DNA from: Acidobacteriota bacterium
GTDB taxonomy: Bacteria > Acidobacteriota > UBA6911
NCBI GenBank assembly: GCA_963664705.1
Contig: OY761556.1
Span: forward strand, 3,744,001 to 3,808,000
DNA length: 64,000 nt
Direction: 5' to 3'
Under the pieces are notes generated by a model. The model made no database searches. It was not told the DNA's origin and worked only from the letters and a program-made list of their open reading frames with translations. Of the stretch, positions 56,514-64,000 are shown in pieces. Positions within the stretch are counted from its first letter, which is position 1. Every line of letters begins with the position of its first letter. The translations under genes and the position numbers were made by a program.

Positions 56514-57022
56514 CCCGCGTTTTCAGCGTACTCCGCGTATTCAGCGGTCCCGTGAAATAAATCCCTCCTCAACGAAACATTGTCCATATGGAACTGAAGC
56601 ATTCCGAAACAACCGGCCACCTCATAAATCTTTTCTACAAGGTCTATGCAACTCTTGGATTTGGATTCCTTGAGCGCGTTTATTTGAATGCAATGGTGGT
56701 TGCCGCAAAGGATTTCGGGCTGAATATCCAAAAGGACTTCCCTATTCGAGTCAGTTTCGAAAATGTGATCATTGGGAGATATGTGGCTGACTTGGTTGTA
56801 AATGACGCAATAATAGCGGAACTAAAAACCGTCGGGACACTCATTCCGGAACACGAGGCTCAGCTGCTCAATTATCTCAAGGCGACTGAATATGAAGTTG
56901 GTTTCTTGTTCAACTTCGGCCCAAAACCGCAGTTCAAGCGCATGGTTTTGGAAAATTCAAGAAAGGGGAGTCTTTCATGGATTAGGACCGCGGAAGGACG
57001 CGGAGTACGCTGAATACGCGGG
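56514..57022 (+). mobile_element. Candidate element: GxxExxY gene bracketed by 37-38 bp inverted arms of 9-bp units
   Basis: Left arm 56514-56550 and right arm 56985-57022 are reverse complements at about 34/38 positions; mobility is inference. Confidence 0.5.
56588..57013 (+). CDS. GxxExxY protein (PD-(D/E)XK nuclease-like, TIGR04256-like)
   Basis: LGFGFLERVY, YVADLVV, IAELKT, HEAQLLNYLKAT, LFNFG. Confidence 0.93.
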   Translation: MELKHSETTGHLINLFYKVYATLGFGFLERVYLNAMVVAAKDFGLNIQKDFPIRVSFENVIIGRYVADLVVNDAIIAELKTVGTLIPEHEAQLLNYLKATEYEVGFLFNFGPKPQFKRMVLENSRKGSLSWIRTAEGRGVR

Positions 57023-57093
57023 TTGTTTAAAATGATATTGGGAGAGAAGAGCATGCAGGTATAATGGTAGGGTTTTGGACATTGAGGGGGAAA

Positions 57094-58443
57094 ATGATGT
57101 ACCTAGAAAGCACTAATCGGCAGTCTCCGAAAGTCAACCTGGCGGAAGCCCTGATCCAGGGACAAGCTCCCGATAAGGGTTTGTACCTGCCGATCTCTAT
57201 TCCCCGCTTCGCTTCCGGCGAATTAGATGCACTCAAAAGCAAATCCTATCCGGAAATCGCTTTTGCCGTCTTAAGCAAATTCACGCAGGATACGTTTACG
57301 CACTCGAGGCTTGAACAGATGTGCCGCAGTGCCTACGACTACGAAGTCCCATTGGAAAGTGTCGATAACAAGCGCTTTGTCATGCGCCTCGATCGCGGAC
57401 CAACGGCTTCGTTCAAGGATTTTGCCGGACGTATGATGGGCCAGATGTTCGGGGCCCTTCGGGAACAGGCAACCGACCGGCTCGTAATCCTTACCGCGAC
57501 CAGCGGCGACACTGGAAGCGCCGTGGCACACGCTTTCTATAGAATTCCCCGAGTGGAAGTCATGGTCCTGTTTCCGCCGGATGAAGTCAGCAACCGGCAG
57601 CGAAAGCAAATGACCACGCTTGGAGAAAACATCACGGCCGTCGGTGTTGCCGGCAAATTCGACGATTGCCAGGCACTGGTCAAACAGGCATTTGCGGATC
57701 CAAGCCTGCAGCACATGCACCTGACGTCAGCCAACTCCATCAACATTGGCCGACTGCTTCCACAGATTGTTTACTATGTATACGCCTATGTCCGTCTGGC
57801 CCAAGCCGGTGCACCGGTGATTTTCTCGATCCCTTCCGGCAATTTCGGCGACATGATGGGAGCACTTCTGGCGTCACGCATGGGGCTGCCGATCGAAAAA
57901 CTCGTCATCGCAACGAATGCCAACGACGAAGTGGAAAAGTTCATGGAATCCGGGCGCTACGAAAAGATCGTCCCGTCGCGCTCCTGCATTTCAAATGCGA
58001 TGAACGTCGGGCACCCGAGCAATTTCGCGCGCGTAATCGCGCTGTTCGGCGGCTGGATGGACGAAGCGGGAGGCGTTCGCGAGATGCCGGACATGGCCCT
58101 GATGGAGCAGGAACTGTGGGCCACTAGCGTCAGTGACGACGATACCCGCAAGACGATTCAGCGCGCCTGGCAACAGCACAAGCTGCTGCTCGAGCCGCAC
58201 GGAGCGGTTGGCTGGCTGGGACTGGAACGTTATCTCGACAAAAATCCGTCTTCTTCAATTGCCATCTCCGTAGAAACGGCGCACCCTGCGAAATTCCCGG
58301 AGGAGATCGAGCGATTACTTGGCTTTTCGCCGGAGGTTCCCGCGACGCTCGCAGAAGTAGAAAAGAAGCAGGAAAATTATCAGAACATGCCTAACGATTA
58401 TGCGGCGTTCCATCGGTTGCTGACCCAAACATATGGCGTGTAA
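57094..58443 (+). CDS. thrC: Threonine synthase
   Basis: GPTASFKDF, ATSGDTGSAV, SANSINIGRL, PSGNFG, TAHPAKF. Confidence 0.95.
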   Translation: MMYLESTNRQSPKVNLAEALIQGQAPDKGLYLPISIPRFASGELDALKSKSYPEIAFAVLSKFTQDTFTHSRLEQMCRSAYDYEVPLESVDNKRFVMRLDRGPTASFKDFAGRMMGQMFGALREQATDRLVILTATSGDTGSAVAHAFYRIPRVEVMVLFPPDEVSNRQRKQMTTLGENITAVGVAGKFDDCQALVKQAFADPSLQHMHLTSANSINIGRLLPQIVYYVYAYVRLAQAGAPVIFSIPSGNFGDMMGALLASRMGLPIEKLVIATNANDEVEKFMESGRYEKIVPSRSCISNAMNVGHPSNFARVIALFGGWMDEAGGVREMPDMALMEQELWATSVSDDDTRKTIQRAWQQHKLLLEPHGAVGWLGLERYLDKNPSSSIAISVETAHPAKFPEEIERLLGFSPEVPATLAEVEKKQENYQNMPNDYAAFHRLLTQTYGV

Positions 58444-58538
58444 ATTCCAATTGCAGATTTCCGATTCCATATGAAAAACCAGTAAGCGCTTTTCTCTGGA
58501 ATTTGAAATCTGAAATCTGAAATCTGCAATCTGCAATT
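58443..58538. repeat. 7-bp-periodic inverted repeat (TG[AC]AATC family)
   Basis: aattccaattgcagatttccgattcca ... tggaatttgaaatctgaaatctgaaatctgcaatctgcaatt. Confidence 0.8.
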
Positions 58539-58550
58539 CAGAGGCTGATC

Positions 58551-59783
58551 ATGAAATACGTGATTTTTCTTGGCGACGGAATGGCCGATTACCCCATCCC
58601 TGAACTGGATGGCAAAACCCCGCTGATGGTGGCGAAAAAGCCCGCCATGGACCGCATTGCGCGCGAAGGATGCACAGGCCTGTTCCGAACGATTGAACCG
58701 GACATGCAGACCGGATCCGCCATCGCCAACCTTTCCGTGCTCGGATACAACGCAACCGAGCTCTTTCATGGAACCGAGGGACGCGGTGTGCTTGAGGCCG
58801 CCAGCCTGGGAATTGAACTCGATCGGAATGACATGGCAATGCGCGTCAACCTGATCTGCATCGAAGACGGCAAAATTCGCAGCCACTCCGCGGGCCATAT
58901 CACGACCGAAGAGGCTCGTATTCTCATTAATGATGCCCAGCAGCATTTCAAAGAATGGAATCTCCGTGTGTATCCGGGTCTCAGCTATCGCCATCTGCTT
59001 GTGGTGCCGGGAGGTGAATTCATGCTCGAGTGCTTCCCTCCCCACGACAACGTCGGGGCCCCCTGGAAGGACCTCATGGTCAAGCCGATCACTGCCGCTG
59101 GTCGGGAGACGGCCGAACTGCTGAACCGCATGGTTGAAGAATCCCAGAAGTTTCTTGAAAAGCACCCGGTGAATCTGAAACGCAGGCAAGAGGGAAAACA
59201 GATGGCCAACTCTTTGTGGCCATGGGCACCCGGGAAAAAGCCCGTGATGCAGACCATCCCACAAAGATTCGGGGTTTCAGGAGCCGCCATCACCGCAGTG
59301 GATCTGATAAAAGGTCTGGCTATTTACGCGGGCATGAAGCCGATCAATGTTGAAGGCGCGACCGGACTTTACGATACAAATTACGAGGGAAAAGCCGACG
59401 CTGCGTTGAAAGCGCTGGAGGATGTCGATTTCGTATATATCCACGTGGAAGCGCCGGATGAAGCAGGGCACGAAAAGAATCTTCCGTTGAAGATACGCTG
59501 CATCGAAGATCTGGACCGTAGGCTCATCCAGCGCGTGCTGGAAGGAATCGAAAAGAAGGGGTGGGATGCTACAGTGGCTGTCTTGCCGGATCACCCGACG
59601 CCGATTGCCCATGGCAATCACACGCGTGAAGCAGTGCCGGTAGCCATCCGTTCGCCCAGGCTTCAGGCAGATGCGGTGTCATCTTACGATGAGGATAGCG
59701 TCAGGCAAGGCTCGCTGGGATTATTAACGGGCTCCCGGTTTATCGAGACTTTTTTCTTACACTCCAAGAATCAGCGATCCTAA
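58551..59783 (+). CDS. apgM: Cofactor-independent phosphoglycerate mutase, ApgM family (proposed homoserine kinase, TIGR02535-like)
   Basis: GDGMAD, GKTPL, GSAIANLS, GRGVLEAAS, APDEAGH, PDHPTP...HT. Confidence 0.88.
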   Translation: MKYVIFLGDGMADYPIPELDGKTPLMVAKKPAMDRIAREGCTGLFRTIEPDMQTGSAIANLSVLGYNATELFHGTEGRGVLEAASLGIELDRNDMAMRVNLICIEDGKIRSHSAGHITTEEARILINDAQQHFKEWNLRVYPGLSYRHLLVVPGGEFMLECFPPHDNVGAPWKDLMVKPITAAGRETAELLNRMVEESQKFLEKHPVNLKRRQEGKQMANSLWPWAPGKKPVMQTIPQRFGVSGAAITAVDLIKGLAIYAGMKPINVEGATGLYDTNYEGKADAALKALEDVDFVYIHVEAPDEAGHEKNLPLKIRCIEDLDRRLIQRVLEGIEKKGWDATVAVLPDHPTPIAHGNHTREAVPVAIRSPRLQADAVSSYDEDSVRQGSLGLLTGSRFIETFFLHSKNQRS

Positions 59784-59818
59784 TAGGCACTTGATTTTTA
59801 TTGGAAGCGCTGCAGCGG

Positions 59819-59866
59819 CGTCGGTGGGTTTTACACTGATATCACTCTTTGTAAGTCCTCTTTACA
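59819..59866 (+). promoter_or_regulatory. Tandem putative PrsR enhancer boxes
   Basis: cgtcggtgggttttaca (59819-59835), tgtaagtcctctttaca (59850-59866). Confidence 0.62.
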
Positions 59867-59992
59867 TCTTCACCTATATCATTCAATGAGCGAACAATTG
59901 CCTTCACATTCTTTGACAATTGGTTTCGCCTAAACACCATCCGTTCAACAAGTTACATATATTTTTTCAAACCTGTCAACCAATTGTAAACA

Positions 59993-60008
59993 GGGCCGGT
60001 CTCTTGCA
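59993..60008 (+). promoter_or_regulatory. Putative sigma54 -24/-12 promoter
   Basis: GGGC-CGGTCTC-TTGCA (GG-N10-GC). Confidence 0.62.
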
Positions 60009-60045
60009 TTTCTCTCCAATGTACTTTGCACTAAAGGGAGAGAAT

Positions 60046-60711
60046 ATGAAAAAGTATCTAGTAGTTTTTTGTTTGCTTCTGTTCTGCGCTGGTTTATCGA
60101 GTACTGTTTTTGCAACCACTATGTCTTTTCATGAACAATGGACCGGAACAAAAACCATCGACAATTCAGGGATCTACCCGGAGTGGTGGAGCACTAAGTT
60201 TGATTTCCCCAATGCGGGACCCGCAGGCGCCTACACAAATGGCAAGTTTGAATACGACAGCTATATAAACAACATTGGTGCTTTCACCATCACCATCAAG
60301 GGGTACGGTGATACTGACAAATATAAGCCGATCGATCTTTTCCTCGATTTTAATAGTGATCACTATTCCTGGCTCAATGGCTCCAAGAATGGGGCAACCG
60401 GAGTCATTGCCGGCTATGATGTAGCAGAGACCGTTCCTTTTACTCTTACCATGGACATCAAGAATAATAAGCTCCTTTATAACGGCTCCCAGGTAGGCGG
60501 CTTATCAGGCGTTAACCTGAATACCTTTCTTAACAAGCAGGAACTTTATGTAGGGATAGGCTGTCACTTTACATTAAGTGAAATCGATGTGGATGTCAGC
60601 GCGGTCACCTCATCCCAAACCACAAACCCCGTGCCGGAACCAGGATCCCTTGTTCTGCTCGGGTCTGGAATTGCAGCGCTGGGATTAGCGTTAAGGCGCA
60701 GAAAGCAGTAA
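60046..60711 (+). CDS. PEP-CTERM surface protein
   Basis: GGGAG RBS, signal peptide MKKYLVVFCLLLF..VFA, VPEPGSLVLLGSGIAALGLALRRRKQ. Confidence 0.95.
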   Translation: MKKYLVVFCLLLFCAGLSSTVFATTMSFHEQWTGTKTIDNSGIYPEWWSTKFDFPNAGPAGAYTNGKFEYDSYINNIGAFTITIKGYGDTDKYKPIDLFLDFNSDHYSWLNGSKNGATGVIAGYDVAETVPFTLTMDIKNNKLLYNGSQVGGLSGVNLNTFLNKQELYVGIGCHFTLSEIDVDVSAVTSSQTTNPVPEPGSLVLLGSGIAALGLALRRRKQ

Positions 60712-60745
60712 CTTAATTCTCCCGCACTTCTCGAATGGTTAATCC

Positions 60746-60775
60746 AGAGCCGCCGTCAGGCGGCTCTTTGTATTT
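60746..60775 (+). terminator. Intrinsic terminator
   Basis: agagccgcc-gtca-ggcggctct-ttgtattt. Confidence 0.75.
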
Positions 60776-60810
60776 GGAGTGAGTGACGCATCTGTGGGCG
60801 GGCGATGCCG

Positions 60811-61359
60811 TTACGGCTTCTTGTCCGCATAATGAAATTCATACTTCTCGGTCAGCGATACCGCCATGCACAGAAACGGCTTCTGGAATTTCAGCGTTTC
60901 CATCGGACAGTGCCACACGCCCTTCGGAATCACGACCGCCGTTGATACGGAAAAGATGTGATTTTCCTCCTGCCCTTTCGGTCCGATCTTGAAGTTAACC
61001 TCCGCCCCCAGCGTTCCGATGTCCTTGGGATCCGATCCGATAAAATAAACCACTTCATCGTGATCATGAATATGCGGCTCGGTGGACATCCCGAGTTGCC
61101 CAACCTTCAGTCCGAATGCATAAATAATGTTGCAGGGAAAGCCATTCAGAATATCGGCTCCCGCGGAAAACATCGACATCTCCCCCATCTTATGAACGGG
61201 CAGTTTCACAAGGCACTTGCCGTATTTGGACTTTCCATCGGAAGTCTCTTTTGAAACGCCTTGTACCAGCGGATTGGCCAACCCTAAAAGCGAACCCGCC
61301 GATGCTGCTGCAGCACTCCCAACTGCAAGGGTCTTTACAAATCCTCGTCTACTTGTCAT
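60811..61359 (-). CDS. Tat-signal cupin-like protein
   Basis: SRRGFVK twin-arginine motif; PHIHDHDE and IPKGVWHCP metal motifs. Confidence 0.75.
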   Translation of the reverse strand: MTSRRGFVKTLAVGSAAAASAGSLLGLANPLVQGVSKETSDGKSKYGKCLVKLPVHKMGEMSMFSAGADILNGFPCNIIYAFGLKVGQLGMSTEPHIHDHDEVVYFIGSDPKDIGTLGAEVNFKIGPKGQEENHIFSVSTAVVIPKGVWHCPMETLKFQKPFLCMAVSLTEKYEFHYADKKP

Positions 61360-61365
61360 GGCCTC

Positions 61366-61425
61366 TCCAGATTTCAGATTTCGGATTCCAGATTTCTTCG
61401 GAAATTGGAAATCCGAAATTATGAA
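61366..61425. repeat. 7-bp-periodic inverted repeat with C(TTCG)G loop
   Basis: tccagatttcagatttcggattccagatttc-ttcg-gaaattggaaatccgaaattatgaa; overlaps the stop at 61419-61421. Confidence 0.8.
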
Positions 61426-63544
61426 TTTTTTTCTCCAATGAGTATTCGCGCATCCACGACGCGCGCACCGGAACCGGCTGGAAGCACGATGAGCGGATTG
61501 ATATCCATCTCCTCAATTTCCGGAAAATCGGTTACCAACTGCGACAGTCGCGACAGCGATTCCGCAATCGCATCCAGATCGGATGGTGGCTCACCGCGGT
61601 ATCCCATCAGCAGCCGGATCCCCTTAATATTTTCAATCATGTGCCGCGCACCAAGCTCCCGGATCGGCGCAATCCGGAATGTAACATCCTTCAGAACCTC
61701 AACGTAGATGCCGCCCAATCCAAACATAAGCAGCGCCCCGAAGTGCGGATCGCGCTTCATCCCGAGAATGGTTTCCTTCCCGCCGCGCACCATTTCCTGA
61801 ACCAACACACCCCAGATTTCCACGTTCTCCTTCGCGGCTTTGACCTGCTGAACCAGGTCTTCGTAGGCTTCCTTCACATCTCCTTCCGACTCCAGGTTCA
61901 GCCGCACACCTCCTACATCCACCTTGTGGATGATATCGGGCGAAACAATCTTCAGCACAACCGGGAAACCGATATCCGCCGCCGCGGCTATAGCTTCTGT
62001 CGCATTCTGCACCATCTTCGACTTCAGCATGGGGAGTCCATATGCCTTGAGCACGGCATGCGCTTCGGGCTCAGGCAGGAATCGGCGCCCCTCCTTTTTG
62101 CCTTGGTCAGGATCTTCTTTACGGTCTCAGGCTGAAGATCCTCGAAGTGCCTGACTTGTGTGCGCGGCCGCGAACGCCACTCCACGTACCGGGACATTGC
62201 GCTGAGCGATCTTGCCGCATCCTCCGGAAATCGGTAGTGCGGGATCTGGGCTTCCTCGAGAATCTTCAGCGACGCCTCAATATCACCGGTTGCCATATAC
62301 ACGACAAACACGGGCTTGTTGGAAAACCGAGCCTGCTGCACGATCACTTTCGAGGTTGCCTGCAGATTCGTAAGCATCTGTGGAACGCAGATAACGATGA
62401 CGCCATCCACATTATCGTCGGTCAGTACCGCCTGCATGGCCAACTGATACCGCGACTCATCCGCGTCTCCGATAAGATCGATCGGATTATTCAAACTGAC
62501 GGTCGGAGGCAAATCCTTCATCATGATCGACTTGGTTTTTGCATCAAGTTCAGACAGCTTCAATCCATGGCGGACAGAGTTGTCCGTCGCCATGATCCCG
62601 GGACCACCCGCATTGGTCACAATGGCGACACGGTTGCCCTTCGGCAACGGCTGATTCGCAAAAGACATTCCATACCGGAACAGGTCTTCGAGCGTATCGA
62701 CTCGAAGCACGCCGCATTGAGCAAAGAGCGAGTCATAGACCTCATCCGATCCCGCGAGTGCACCGGTATGCGAAGCGGCCGCCTTGGCTCCCTCTATGGT
62801 TCTCCCTGATTTCACTCCCAGGATCGGCTTCTTCTCGGAAACACGCTGGGCAAGCCGGACAAACTCCTTCGGGTTTTCAAGTGCCTCGAGGTACATCAAG
62901 ATGACATCAGTGTTCGGATCATCCGCGAGCGCCTCCAGCACATCGTTTTCGTAGATGTCCGCTTTATTGCCGATGGAGATGAATTTGGAGAAACCGATCT
63001 TTTCACCCGCTGCATATTCCAACGCTGCAACGCCGACGGCTCCGCTCTGGGAGATAAATGCGATTTTGCCGCCCAGGGGGAAATTTCGCGAAAAGGTAGC
63101 GTTCAGCGATACCGCGGGATCTGTATTGATGACACCAAAACAGTTGGGGCCAACCACCGCCATTCCATACTCCTGCGCCACAGCCTGCAACTGGTGCTCG
63201 AGTTCAATGCCATTTCCGCCTACTTCCTTGAAGCCGGCGCTGATAACAATCGCGCCTTTGCATCCCTTCCGCCCTGCTTCCTTGAGTACCTGCGGCACAT
63301 AGCCGGCGGGAACCAGCACCACCGCTAGGTCCACTTCATCCGGCACGTCCATTACGGTCGGGTATGCGCGCACGCCCAGGATACTCTTGGCTTTACTGTT
63401 GACCGGATAGACGCAACCGCTGTACCCGGCAAAAAGAAGATTCGCGAAAACAGCGCGGCCAAGACTGTGAGTTTTAGCCGATGCACCAATTACTGCGACT
63501 GAACGAGGAGCAAAAATTGCCTTCAGCTGGTCTGACTTGGGCAT
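61419..63544 (-). pseudogene. ADP-forming acetate/acyl-CoA ligase (alpha-beta fusion) split by a 1-nt frameshift (real or assembly error)
   Basis: AVIGAS, GPNCFG, ISQSGA, ASHTGAL in 62024-63544; ATP-grasp domain (FPVVLK, HKVDVGGV, MDINP) in 61419-62094; one extra A at 62095-62099 fuses them. Confidence 0.85.
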
Positions 63545-63554
63545 ATCAAGAATC

Positions 63555-64000
63555 CTAGGAAATCTGATATCGGACGATCGGGACCTTCTGGTAGCTCCCG
63601 CTACTGATAGAGAAAACTCCGACTTCAGGGTTGGACGGATTAACGACCGAAACGATATAGGAAAACAGCCCGGGATCCGAACTGAGAAAGATATCTATTT
63701 CCGAAGGCTCTGCGCGCAGAATCCTATGGGAATGGAAAACCCCTACAAAAGATTCCTTCATGGAATCCATTTGCTCCATGATTGTTTTCACTTCAGGGTG
63801 CGAAATGACGAAACCAAGGTCCGGATCCTTGTAGAAGTCGCCGAATGACTCAAATAGCGATTTCCACTCAGGCTCGTTCCGGAGGTTTGTTCTGCAAGGG
63901 TAGAGTGTGGATGGGTGATAGGGATCTTTGCCGCCAATGAGTCCGAATGCCTTGTGCGGAAGTGCATCCACACAGATCCGGATCAATTCCTGATACAGCA
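63555..64000 (-). CDS. JAB/MPN (JAMM, M67-like) domain protein, 5' end outside window
   Basis: FHSHRILRAEPSEID (HxH-x7-S-x2-D), YIVS; frame open to the window edge. Confidence 0.8.
   Translation of the reverse strand, partial: LYQELIRICVDALPHKAFGLIGGKDPYHPSTLYPCRTNLRNEPEWKSLFESFGDFYKDPDLGFVISHPEVKTIMEQMDSMKESFVGVFHSHRILRAEPSEIDIFLSSDPGLFSYIVSVVNPSNPEVGVFSISSGSYQKVPIVRYQIS

Noticed and set aside
42478-57022. Periodic repeats as a CRISPR array
   Set aside because: Units are 7-10 bp with no unique spacers, they are dispersed, and no cas genes are present
61419-63544. Protein acetyltransferase Pat/Pka
   Set aside because: No GNAT domain, and the phospho-His motif SHTG is retained

Overview
Bacterial genomic window with no rRNA, tRNA or CRISPR; the host lineage cannot be fixed from sequence alone. 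About 52 kb is a large exopolysaccharide / PEP-CTERM-exosortase locus. It contains a flippase, glycosyltransferase, two asparagine-synthase-like amide ligases, an acyl-CoA ligase plus PLP decarboxylase, and the PrsK/PrsR two-component system. It also has exosortase + EpsI, two very long PrsT-like TPR lipoproteins, four PEP-CTERM genes (one lying outside the main locus at 60 kb) plus one decayed copy, nucleotide-sugar enzymes, an ExeA-like ATPase, a CAAX-protease-like and an ICMT-like membrane enzyme, and a VanZ protein. The right end is mostly housekeeping: MacA/MacB-like pair, aminotransferase, panB, thrC, ApgM-family mutase, a frameshifted ADP-forming acyl-CoA ligase and a JAB protein. Most notable signals: (i) an FkbH-ACP-MBOAT(FxYxxF tail)-SGNH cassette resembling a Dlt/Alg-type relay for glycerate, lying between two direct copies of a PEP-CTERM gene; (ii) a GxxExxY nuclease-like gene bracketed by 37-38 bp inverted arms of 9-bp units that recur as gene-less hairpins at several stop codons; (iii) a shared TGT-N11-ACA / IHF-like / sigma54 promoter layout before three PEP-CTERM genes; (iv) nested REP-like direct repeats around exosortase-epsI; (v) a strong sigma70 promoter with tandem NrdR-like boxes driving a His-less Hpt-like gene. 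Family names, including TIGR numbers, are recalled from motifs and context, not from database searches.
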